NCBI GenBank assembly: GCA_031416315.1
Contig: JANOTL010000039.1
Coordinates: 1-63,063, forward strand
From: Pseudomonadota bacterium
GTDB lineage: Bacteria > Bdellovibrionota_B > Oligoflexia > Oligoflexales > CAIYRB01
Direction of reading: 5' to 3'
DNA: 63,063 nucleotides
Shown: piece after piece, positions 1-8,331 of the stretch
How the letters are laid out: every line of letters starts with the position of its first letter
How positions within the stretch are numbered: position 1 is the stretch's first letter
The notes under the pieces: model-generated
Databases searched by the model: none
What the model was told of the DNA's origin: nothing
What the model saw: the letters and a program-made list of their open reading frames with translations, nothing else
Position numbers and translations under genes: made by a program

Positions 1-1605
1 CGCGATCAGCAACGTGATGTCGTCGTCGGGCGCGTCCGGGCCCGCGTAGGCGTTCACCTCGGAGACGAGGTGTGCGCACAGCGCGACGGGATCCTCGTTC
101 GGCGCTTTCTTCATGACCCGATCCAAGCGCCGTGCTCCGAAGACCTTGCCTTCGGGGTCGCGGCGCTCGACGAGGCCGTCGCTGAAGAGGACGAGCATGT
201 CGCCCGGCGCGAGCTGCTTGGTCTTGAATTGAATGGTCTCGAAGATGCCGGCGCCGAGGAAGTTGGAGGGGAGGGGCATCGTCTCGATCTTGCGTTCGTG
301 CTCCAGCGTCCCGTTTGCTTCGATGCCGCAGCGTACGAGTCGTCCCGGAACGTGGCCGGCGTTGGCGTACTCGCATTCCCCCGTGACCAAGTCGACCAGC
401 GCGACGAAGGCGGTCATCGGGAAGCGGCCGCCGCCGGCGGCCTCGACGACGGGGCGCATGTACTCGATCAGTTGAGCGGGACGCATCGCCTCGGGGGCGC
501 TGTCGATCCGATCTTTCAGGCCGTGGAAGCTGCCTGCGACGGCGGCGGCCACCATCGCGGGCGCGGTGCCGTGTCCCGCGACGTCGCTGACGATGAGATA
601 GAGATGCCGGTCGCCACGCACGTGATAGTGCGCCCAGTCGCCGCCCATCGTCTCGGCCGTGCGGACGAAGTAGCCGATCTCGACGCGAGGCGTTTTGATC
701 TCTTCCCATTGGAAGAGCTGCGTCTGGACGGAGGCCGCGACCTCCAGCTGCGACTTCAGGCGCGCCTGCTCGGCCGACATTTGCTGCGCGCGCTCGACGT
801 GCTGCATCATACGGTTGAAGGTGCCGAGGACCGCGCCGAGCTCGTCGGTGCGGTTGAACTCGATCGGCTTCTTGAAGTCGCCGTTGGCGACGCGCATGGT
901 CGCGCGATGGAGGTCTTGAATGGGGTCCAGGATGCGACCTGCGAGCACGCCGGCCACGGCGAAGCCGACGATCAGCGCGATGACGACGGCGAAGGCCATG
1001 GTCATCTTGGCGTTCCAGAGGGTCGCGGCGACCTCCTCCGCGATGATGTCGACGCCGAGGATCGCGAGCACGCGGCCGCGCGCGTCCTTGATGGGCGCGT
1101 ATCCGGAGATCGTCACGCCCCATTGGTCTTTGGCCCAGGACCGGTCGACCGCGGGCATGCCGGTCTTCATGACCTCGATGGCCTCGGCCGGCAGCTTGTC
1201 GTAGGGGTCGCCGATCTTCGAGAAGTCGGGATTGTTCAGGTCCAGCGACATGCCAGCGGAGCCACCGTCGAGAACGAAGGTGAATTTTTTCGGGCCCCTC
1301 GCGCTTGGGCGCAGGGTGTAGATGAACTTGATCGTCGGGTCCTGCACCAAGATGGTGTGCAGGCGCGCGATCATCTTCTGGTAGCCCGGACGTTGCATGT
1401 CGCTCGTCGTCTTGAGCCGCTCGTGCTCTTCTACGTCGACGAAGGAGGCGACGGCGATGGCGACCGACTGCAGCTTGTCTTTCAGCGCCGTCTCCAGGGC
1501 GGACACGAAGAACCAGCCCGACGCGGCCATGGAGCCGAGGGTCGTCAGGGCGAGGAGGGTGCAGGTCGCGATGACCAGCTTCGATTTGAAACTGAGCTTG
1601 ATCAC
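1..1605 (-). CDS. Membrane sensor with HAMP domain and PP2C/SpoIIE Ser/Thr phosphatase (runs off the left edge)
   Basis: Not in the ORF track because there is no stop in the window. Manual translation from GTG at 1605 gives MIKLSFKSKLVIATCTLLAL (TM), then PP2C motifs MGGDWAHY, VSDVAGHG, LFSDGLVE and DDITLLIA at the window edge. Confidence 0.9.
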   Translation of the reverse strand, partial: MIKLSFKSKLVIATCTLLALTTLGSMAASGWFFVSALETALKDKLQSVAIAVASFVDVEEHERLKTTSDMQRPGYQKMIARLHTILVQDPTIKFIYTLRPSARGPKKFTFVLDGGSAGMSLDLNNPDFSKIGDPYDKLPAEAIEVMKTGMPAVDRSWAKDQWGVTISGYAPIKDARGRVLAILGVDIIAEEVAATLWNAKMTMAFAVVIALIVGFAVAGVLAGRILDPIQDLHRATMRVANGDFKKPIEFNRTDELGAVLGTFNRMMQHVERAQQMSAEQARLKSQLEVAASVQTQLFQWEEIKTPRVEIGYFVRTAETMGGDWAHYHVRGDRHLYLIVSDVAGHGTAPAMVAAAVAGSFHGLKDRIDSAPEAMRPAQLIEYMRPVVEAAGGGRFPMTAFVALVDLVTGECEYANAGHVPGRLVRCGIEANGTLEHERKIETMPLPSNFLGAGIFETIQFKTKQLAPGDMLVLFSDGLVERRDPEGKVFGARRLDRVMKKAPNEDPVALCAHLVSEVNAYAGPDAPDDDITLLIA

Positions 1606-1612
1606 GCCAAGG

Positions 1613-1640
1613 TCATCGGAATGCCTGGCGAATTCAGTGA
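1613..1640 (-). promoter_or_regulatory. sigma28/FliA-like promoter
   Basis: Minus strand TCACT-N15-TCCGATGA, 7 nt before the GTG at 1605. Confidence 0.5.
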
Positions 1641-1677
1641 GCTGCGACGAAGTCGGGCGCCGTGGCGAAAGCGCGAA

Positions 1678-2409
1678 TCAGGGCGTTTTCGTCAACGAAT
1701 GCTGGCCGACCTCGAGTTTGTCGTCGCCGAGCACTTTCACCGGTGGGAGCTTCTTTGCGTCATAGCCGGCCGCCGAAAACTCCAGCGCCCAGCTCGCCTC
1801 GGGGACGCCGCTCAGGACGAAGTCGCCGTAAGCGTTGGTGATCGTTTTGAAGATCGTCCCCGGAATCTGCACGACGATGCCGTCCTGCTGCGACGCGCCG
1901 TTCTTCGACACGTTGCCTTTGATCGAGCCCGTCGGCGTCAGCAGGACATCGCGCAGGTCGGTGATCTCGTTTCGCTTCACGACGACGTTCGGCTGCTCGA
2001 CGCCGTAGGTCTTGCCGTTGAATTGATGGACGGCGTACCAGGCGATCTTGCGCTCGTCCATGAGAGAAGAGTCGACGAGTCCGGTGCCTTCTTTCGTGAA
2101 GGCGGCTTCAGGCACCTCGATGTTGAAGACGCCGGCCTGCGCGACGCCGGCCGCGCCGGTTGGATACTTCGTGTCGGGAAGGCCTTCGAGATAGACGGTG
2201 GCTTCGGCGGCCGCGGCGATTGCGCCCGCGTCGGTCGCGACGATCAGGCGGCCCGTGACAACGGTCGGATCGGGCGCCACTCCTTCGACCGGCGTAGTCT
2301 TTTTCGCCGCGGCAGCCGTTGCGCTCTTTTTGCTCGAGCCCGTAATGCTGGCGGTGTCGCAGGCGACCAGGGCCAGAAGAAGTGGCAGAGATTGAATGCG
2401 GATCAGCAT
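1678..2409 (-). CDS. Lipoprotein with carboxypeptidase-regulatory-like (prealbumin-type) beta domains
   Basis: Lipobox LVAC; pattern TGSIKGNV...TITNAYGDFVLSGVP...WALEFSAAGY. Confidence 0.75.
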   Translation of the reverse strand: MLIRIQSLPLLLALVACDTASITGSSKKSATAAAAKKTTPVEGVAPDPTVVTGRLIVATDAGAIAAAAEATVYLEGLPDTKYPTGAAGVAQAGVFNIEVPEAAFTKEGTGLVDSSLMDERKIAWYAVHQFNGKTYGVEQPNVVVKRNEITDLRDVLLTPTGSIKGNVSKNGASQQDGIVVQIPGTIFKTITNAYGDFVLSGVPEASWALEFSAAGYDAKKLPPVKVLGDDKLEVGQHSLTKTP

Positions 2410-2416
2410 GTTGAGC

Positions 2417-2443
2417 TTATCGGCCGGGGATGGCGCGGCTTGA
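2417..2443 (-). promoter_or_regulatory. sigma28/FliA promoter
   Basis: Minus strand TCAAG-N14-GCCGATAA (consensus), 7 nt before the ATG at 2409. Confidence 0.75.
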
Positions 2444-2558
2444 TGTCGCGGTGGAAAATGTAATAAAATTAGGGGATTATTTCTTTGAGTCAGCGGGAGA
2501 TTTGACGCGAAGGGCGCGGCGGCGCGAAGGACGCGGAGAAGACGGGCTGCCGCCGGTA

Positions 2559-3455
2559 TCAGTTCTTCCTTTGGCTAGCATCCGTCGCCACGGCACTCAG
2601 CCGAAAGAACTCCTGCGGCGCCAACACCCGCTCGTCCAGCACTTGCGCCAGCTTCCGCAGCTCCGGCGGAAACAAGTTGGAGCAGCTGATCGCCTTCACC
2701 TTCGCCCCGTCCTTCACTTTGAGATTCCACTGCGAGCCATCGTGCTGCGCTGGATCCCGGTACTCGTCCTTCAGCCCGAAGATGCCGAGCGTCGCGATCT
2801 CCTGGCGCAGGGCTTTGATCGTCGCCGCGTCCAGCGGAAATTCGTAGGAGCGGTAGGTGCGCTCAAAGTAGAGCTCGCCCGCCTCCATCCCGTTCTCTTT
2901 CTTGTCGGCGATGCGCGGCAGGAAAATGCGCTGCACCGCGACGCCTCGCCCCGCACCGTCCACGGTGAGCGAGTCCATGCCCTCCAGATTGCTCCCCCGT
3001 TCGAGCACGACCTCGAAGTCCATGATGCCGGTCGCTACGGGCTTCGGCTCCAAGGCGAGGAGCTGCGCCTTGCGCCCGAAACGCATCGTCCAGCGCACTT
3101 CGCCCGTGTCGTCGTATTCGTGCCACGTCCCCGTCGGGATGCCGCGCGCGTAGGTCGCCTCGTGGCGAAGCTTGCCGTTGGCGAAGAAGGCGCGATAAGG
3201 CCCGTCGGGCGCACCGCGGATGTAGCTCGTCTCGACCTCGAGCTGGCCCGACCGATACCAAGACTTATACGCGCCGTGGAGCACGTGACGCTCGTAGGTC
3301 GCGGACGTTTGGCGCTTGCCGTCCTGGTATTTCGTCTCGCAGGGACCTTGCAGCCAGCCCTGCGCGTTTTCGCACGGCTCACCGGCGCGCGCGACGCCGC
3401 CGGCGCCTCCTAGGAGGAACAAAAGAGCGAGGACCGAGCTTGCGCGGGTGAGCAT
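2559..3455 (-). CDS. Secreted MORN-variant (YwqK-like) repeat protein
   Basis: Signal peptide from ATG 3455; repeats HGAYKSWYRSGQL, DGPYRAFFANGKL, TGTWHEYDDTGEV. Confidence 0.75.
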   Translation of the reverse strand: MLTRASSVLALLFLLGGAGGVARAGEPCENAQGWLQGPCETKYQDGKRQTSATYERHVLHGAYKSWYRSGQLEVETSYIRGAPDGPYRAFFANGKLRHEATYARGIPTGTWHEYDDTGEVRWTMRFGRKAQLLALEPKPVATGIMDFEVVLERGSNLEGMDSLTVDGAGRGVAVQRIFLPRIADKKENGMEAGELYFERTYRSYEFPLDAATIKALRQEIATLGIFGLKDEYRDPAQHDGSQWNLKVKDGAKVKAISCSNLFPPELRKLAQVLDERVLAPQEFFRLSAVATDASQRKN

Positions 3456-3497
3456 CACCTGCGATCTTAGCTGCTCTCGAACGGAAGGAGCAAGGGC

Positions 3498-3914
3498 ATG
3501 AGCGGCAACGCGCGCGAGGCGACGATCGACTTGATTCAGCGCTACTACGCCGCCTTCGACGCGGGCGACATGCCGCGCTTTCTCGGCATGCTGACCGAGG
3601 ACGTCGTGCACCACGTGAACCAGGGGGCGACCGAGCTGGGCAAGCCCGCGTTCACGCGCTTCATGGACAAGATGAACGCGCACTACAAAGAGCGCGTCGA
3701 AAGCCTCGTCGTCATGGCCTCCGACGACGGCGCCCGCGCCGCGGCCGAGTTCGTGATCGTCGGCAATTACCTGAAGACCGATGCGGGATTGCCGCCGGCG
3801 CGCGGCCAAGAGTACCGGCTCCCCGTGGCGGCAATGTTCGACGTGCGCGCCGGAAAAGTGGCGCGCGTCTCCAACTTCTACAACCTCGAGTCCTGGATGG
3901 AAATGGTGCGATGA
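3498..3914 (+). CDS. SnoaL/NTF2-like ketosteroid isomerase-related protein
   Basis: YYAAFDAGD...LTEDVVH...RAAAEF...GQEYRLP...ARVSNFYN; SD GGAG. Confidence 0.85.
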   Translation: MSGNAREATIDLIQRYYAAFDAGDMPRFLGMLTEDVVHHVNQGATELGKPAFTRFMDKMNAHYKERVESLVVMASDDGARAAAEFVIVGNYLKTDAGLPPARGQEYRLPVAAMFDVRAGKVARVSNFYNLESWMEMVR

Positions 3915-4522
3915 CCAAGCCCACGCTCTACTTTGCGCCGCGGACGCGGGCGACGCGGCCTCGCTGGCTCCTCGAGGAGATGGGCGTTTCGTACGAGCTG
4001 AAGCGCTTGGATTGGGGACGGCGCGAGCACAAGGATGAAGCTTACCTGGCGATCCATCCGCACGGCGCCGTGCCGGCGCTGGTCGACGGGGACGTCACGT
4101 TGATCGAGTCGGGCGCCATCTGCGCTTACCTCGCGGAGAAGCACCCGGAAGCAGGAATGGCCCCGCCAGTCGGCGCATCGGACCGAGGCCGCTATCTGCA
4201 ATGGATGTTCTACGCGACTGCGACGCTTGAGCCGCCGGGCATGCGCTACCTCCTGCATACGTCGATCTTTCCGCCCGAGCGACGTTCGCCGCAGATCGCG
4301 GCGCAATCTTTGGCCGAGTTTCAGGGTACGGCGAGGGTCCTGTCCAAGGCGCTGGAGACGAGCTCCTTCCTGCTCGGAGACCGGCTTACCGTCCCAGACG
4401 TCTTGGTGGGATCGATGCTGAGCTACGGTTCCAGCCTCGGCATGCTCTCCTCGTGGCCACGCCTGGCGGCTTACGTCGAGGACCTCACGGCGCGTCCAGC
4501 ATTCAAACGGGCACAGGACTAG
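3911..4522 (+). CDS. Glutathione S-transferase family protein
   Basis: RPRWLLEE, HPHGAVPAL, ESGAICAYL, FLLGDRLTVPD; ATGA overlap with the upstream gene. Confidence 0.92.
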   Translation: MTKPTLYFAPRTRATRPRWLLEEMGVSYELKRLDWGRREHKDEAYLAIHPHGAVPALVDGDVTLIESGAICAYLAEKHPEAGMAPPVGASDRGRYLQWMFYATATLEPPGMRYLLHTSIFPPERRSPQIAAQSLAEFQGTARVLSKALETSSFLLGDRLTVPDVLVGSMLSYGSSLGMLSSWPRLAAYVEDLTARPAFKRAQD

Positions 4523-4586
4523 ACGTCTCATCCGCGATTCATGATACGCGTGCGAAGCTCCGTCCACTCGTGACGTCGAGGTCAAC

Positions 4587-6287
4587 ATGCTTTTCCCTCG
4601 TTCTTCTCGCGCCCTGATGCTCGCCGCCACGCTCGCCGCTTCGGCGGCGCGCGCCGAGGTTTTCGTGCTCTCCGGCGGCGACTCTCCTGCGGGCAATCAT
4701 TACTCGCAATACCTGCAGACGAAGCTCCTCACTGACGAGCTGCGCGCTCAGCTCGGCGCCGATCAGGTCGACGTTCGGTTCGGCGCGGGCAACAATTACG
4801 TCACGGCGCCGCAGGTGTTCGACGTGCACCGCATCGTCTCGCGCTCGTCCGATGGACGCTCTTATCACGTGATGTCGCCGGGCATGATCGAGGGCAACGC
4901 GCCGGCGACGAAGGCGGGCGTCCATCACTACTTCGAGACCGAGCTTCCCGCGCGGCCGGGTGTCGAGGCGGACGCGTTCTTCCTTTTTGTCACCGACCAC
5001 GGGATGCCGAACGAGAACGACTCGGACTACTCTAACAACTGTATCGACCTCTGGGGCTTCGACGCGGCGACGATGACGACGAAGCCCTTTGCGGAGCAGT
5101 GCCTGTCGCAGCGGGAGCTGCGCTCCTTGATCAAGACGCACGTGCCCGCGCGAAGGACGATCTTCGCGATGACGCAGTGCTTCTCCGGAGGCTTCCACGA
5201 GATGTCGGTCTCGAGGCAGAACGGATATCCAGTCGCGGACGTCAACCTCTGCGGCTTCACCGCGGTGACGCCGGACACGACCGCTTCGGGCTGCACGCCC
5301 GACGTCGATGGTCCAGGCTACAAGGGCTACGAGCGCTATCTCGCACAGCAGCTCACCGGAAAGAACGTCGTCAACGGCCAGCCGATGGCCTACGCGCGCA
5401 AGGCGACGCTGAAAGAGGCGCACCTCGCGGCGGCGCTCGAGGACACGGCGAAGGACATTCCCTTCTCGACCTCGGATCACTTCCTGGTGAAATGGGCGCG
5501 CACGATCGCCGCGCCCGGCTTTCAGCCGCGGACGGAGACCCTATCGCAAGATGCCATGGTCGCCCTGTATCGCGAGTCGCTCGACACGCCTAACCCGGAG
5601 CGCGCCGGACCTCTCCGCGAAGCCGTCGTCGCACGCCAACAGCAGCTCGCGGGCACGATCGCGCTGCTCCGCCGTTACGACCCGGAGCTCAGAGACTCGC
5701 TCGAGCAGCCGCTCGCTTCGATCGAGACGAAGCTCGCCGCGTTGAAGGCCGAGCAGCGAGCGCTGGAGACCGAGGCCTCCGCTCTCGACCGCGAGTCCTC
5801 GCGTCTTTGGATGGAGCACGGCTTCAAGCCTTGGAAGGCCGCCGTGTCCGCCGGTGTTGACACGGGGCTCGACACACAGCAGCGCGACGAGTTCGAGCTC
5901 GGCTTCATGACGGAGCTGGAGCAAAGCGGCGCCGGCGTCGGGCGCGGCTCGCTGTTCCGCCTCGCCGTTTGGAGCGCGACCCAGCCGAGCAAGGCTGCGG
6001 CTCTCTCTGAGTACGTCACGTTGCGCGATCCCATACGGACGACTTGGCTCGACGCCAACTCCACCGAGACGCAAAGCGCACATTTCGAGCGAATCGATGT
6101 CCTCTCAGATCAAAGCAACCAAAAGTGGACGCGCTCCATGAAGGCCGAGGAGCAGCACGACCAGCTACGCCGCGTCCTCTACCTGCGCCAGCAGATCGCC
6201 GCCGCGATCGCCCTCGGGGCGGCGCAGGACCAGGCCGCGGTCCAGACCGTTCTTGGGCTGGAAGAGTGCGAAAGAACTCCCTTTTAA
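4587..6287 (+). CDS. Secreted caspase-hemoglobinase-fold cysteine peptidase (C13/C14-like) with C-terminal helical region
   Basis: Signal peptide; FLFVTDHG and AMTQCFSGGF give a His-Cys dyad; coiled-coil-like C-terminal half. Confidence 0.7.
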   Translation: MLFPRSSRALMLAATLAASAARAEVFVLSGGDSPAGNHYSQYLQTKLLTDELRAQLGADQVDVRFGAGNNYVTAPQVFDVHRIVSRSSDGRSYHVMSPGMIEGNAPATKAGVHHYFETELPARPGVEADAFFLFVTDHGMPNENDSDYSNNCIDLWGFDAATMTTKPFAEQCLSQRELRSLIKTHVPARRTIFAMTQCFSGGFHEMSVSRQNGYPVADVNLCGFTAVTPDTTASGCTPDVDGPGYKGYERYLAQQLTGKNVVNGQPMAYARKATLKEAHLAAALEDTAKDIPFSTSDHFLVKWARTIAAPGFQPRTETLSQDAMVALYRESLDTPNPERAGPLREAVVARQQQLAGTIALLRRYDPELRDSLEQPLASIETKLAALKAEQRALETEASALDRESSRLWMEHGFKPWKAAVSAGVDTGLDTQQRDEFELGFMTELEQSGAGVGRGSLFRLAVWSATQPSKAAALSEYVTLRDPIRTTWLDANSTETQSAHFERIDVLSDQSNQKWTRSMKAEEQHDQLRRVLYLRQQIAAAIALGAAQDQAAVQTVLGLEECERTPF

Positions 6288-6297
6288 GGAAAGTCTT

Positions 6298-6324
6298 TCA
6301 AGATTCACCAAGCCGAGCCGATCT
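6298..6324 (+). promoter_or_regulatory. sigma28/FliA-like promoter
   Basis: TCAAG-N14-GCCGATCT upstream of SD GGAGG and GTG 6354. Confidence 0.65.
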
Positions 6325-6353
6325 CTTCAGGAGACACCTGGAGGCTTCGTTTC

Positions 6354-8246
6354 GTGCGTATTTGGCCGCTGACATGGCTCGTGGGATGCATAGCGACATC
6401 GGCCTTCGCGCTCGATCGTCCGCGCGTGCCCGGGCTCCTGCGCGACTTCGGCGGCTCCGAGCGGGAGATGACGTCCGGGGCGCGGGCCAGCGGTCCGGCA
6501 TTCCAGGCCGCGCGCTCGCTCGACGTCGACGATGCGGTCCGCGCTCACGTCGCGGCCCGGGTCTCGCTGACGCAGCTCGAGATGCGCGCCGAGCCGACCG
6601 TCGAGTTCGGCGGGACCCGCTCGCATTCTTTTCGCTTCCGTTTCCGCGGCCTCCCGCTTTGCACGGGGATGCTTCGCGCGCACGAGCGGGCCGACGGCAG
6701 TCTGTTGATCTTCGGCCGCGCGCCGGATCTGGCGGAAGGCGCCGCGGTCCCGGGACGCGAGCTGCCTGACGCCTCGCGCGCGAAAGATCTCGCGGTGCGC
6801 TGGGCGACCGAGGAGCTGGGCGCGAAGGTCGTCACGTCGCGCGTGCGATCCGCCTGCTACGCGGCGGCTGATCGTCGTCTCCACGGTGCGTGGCGCATCG
6901 AGATCGAGGCGGACGGCATGCCCTACCGCCTCTTCGTCGACGAAGACCGCATCCATGCGGTCGAAGAACGGTTTTTCTCGGCAGACGGCCAGGCTCGCGT
7001 CTTTCCCTCGAACCGCTTGAGCGGCGAAGCCGAGCTCGCGCCGCTGACGGGCCTCGTCGGCAACGGCACGCTGACGAGCACCTACCTCAAGACCCTGGTC
7101 CCGAATGGCTGGCCTTCGGCCGTCGGCGTAGGCGAAGTCTTCGACTTCGCGCCCGACGCGCTGGAGTTCGACGAGGTGCAAGCGTTCTATCACGGCAGCA
7201 CTCACCTCGCGTTCGCGGAGACCATCGGCTTCGGCCTGCGCGGGATCGAGGGCCGATTGCCGATCCAGGTGCGCCTTCACACGCCGCCCAACGGCCTGAA
7301 GAACAACGCGCTCTACCTGGAAGGCGACGAGGACTCGCATCCGCGCGTCATCATCGACGACGGCGACGGCCTCGGGCTGCGGAACCTCGCTTCCGACCGC
7401 GACGTCATCAGCCACGAGCTCGGTCATCACCTGATCTTCAAGACCCTGAAGCGGAAGACGGGCGAAGGCCTCGTCCTCCACGAAGGGCTCGCCGATTTCC
7501 TCGTATTCGCGCGGACCGGCGACGGCTGCCTCGGCGAGTCGATCTGCCCGGCCGGGTCGGCGAGCTGCCAGGTCGCGGGCCAGTGCCTGCGCTCGGCCGC
7601 CGTCGCCGTCGCCTTTGACGACGACACTTGGAAGGAATGGGCGCGCCGACGCAATGGCTCCCTCGGGCACCTCCACAGTCAGCTGATCAGCGGCATGCTC
7701 TGGGGTCTGCGCGAGCGCGGCGAGATTGCCGCCGACGAGCTGACGCACACGGTTGCGCGTTCGATCGGCCTGCTGGCGGAGCAAAGCGGGATACGCGAAT
7801 TCTTGCTGTCTCTTTTCGCCGCTGACGAGGAGCTCTTTGGTAAAAAGAACTTCGCGCGGATCTACGCCGCTGCGATCCAACGCAATTTAGGCAGCTTCCT
7901 CGATGGGGTCGAGCCCCCGCCACCCGAGGACCTGGTGACGGCTCCGCCTCTTTCTCCGGTCGATGTCCCGGACACGACGGTTGCCGCGACGCCCGTGTCG
8001 GCTCCGGCTACACCGACCCTGGAAGACGCGGCCCCCGCCGTCGCGCCCGAGATCTTGCCTCCCGCCGGTGTCACTCCCGTCCCCGAGTTGCGCGCGCCGG
8101 GCGTGCCCTCGGACCACGAAGAGGAGACCTATCGGCGCAAATGCGGCGTGGTCGGCCTCGAAGCGGTGGCGCAACCCGGCAGTTTGTTCGGCCTCGCGAT
8201 GCTTCTTTTCGCGCCCGTCCTGATCGTGTTAAAAAGACGTAAGTGA
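6354..8246 (+). CDS. Secreted thermolysin-like zinc metalloprotease (M4/M36-like) with Pro-rich linker and C-terminal Cys-TM-basic anchor
   Basis: NNALY, DVISHELGH (HExxH), LHEGLADF; propeptide region; tail KCGVVG...LAMLLFAPVLIVLKRRK. Confidence 0.8.
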   Translation: MRIWPLTWLVGCIATSAFALDRPRVPGLLRDFGGSEREMTSGARASGPAFQAARSLDVDDAVRAHVAARVSLTQLEMRAEPTVEFGGTRSHSFRFRFRGLPLCTGMLRAHERADGSLLIFGRAPDLAEGAAVPGRELPDASRAKDLAVRWATEELGAKVVTSRVRSACYAAADRRLHGAWRIEIEADGMPYRLFVDEDRIHAVEERFFSADGQARVFPSNRLSGEAELAPLTGLVGNGTLTSTYLKTLVPNGWPSAVGVGEVFDFAPDALEFDEVQAFYHGSTHLAFAETIGFGLRGIEGRLPIQVRLHTPPNGLKNNALYLEGDEDSHPRVIIDDGDGLGLRNLASDRDVISHELGHHLIFKTLKRKTGEGLVLHEGLADFLVFARTGDGCLGESICPAGSASCQVAGQCLRSAAVAVAFDDDTWKEWARRRNGSLGHLHSQLISGMLWGLRERGEIAADELTHTVARSIGLLAEQSGIREFLLSLFAADEELFGKKNFARIYAAAIQRNLGSFLDGVEPPPPEDLVTAPPLSPVDVPDTTVAATPVSAPATPTLEDAAPAVAPEILPPAGVTPVPELRAPGVPSDHEEETYRRKCGVVGLEAVAQPGSLFGLAMLLFAPVLIVLKRRK

Positions 8247-8248
8247 CT

Positions 8249-8264
8249 TGGCACGCCAGTTGCT
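8249..8264 (+). promoter_or_regulatory. sigma54 (-24/-12) promoter
   Basis: TGGCACG-CCAG-TTGCT matches the RpoN consensus; lies about 70 nt before the AI-2E/mla operon. Confidence 0.75.
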
Positions 8265-8331
8265 CTGGGAGTGCTGATGGTCCACGCACTGTCGCTTTTT
8301 CGCGACAGCTACTCTGGCCGGGAGTGTCGCC

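Noticed and set aside
70..2463. 797-aa plus-strand ORF
   Set aside because: Antisense shadow of the PP2C sensor and lipoprotein genes; no motifs. Long shadow ORFs are expected at this GC content.
2559..3455. YwqK-like repeat as the antitoxin of a toxin-antitoxin pair
   Set aside because: The protein has a signal peptide and no adjacent toxin gene; MORN-variant repeats are generic.
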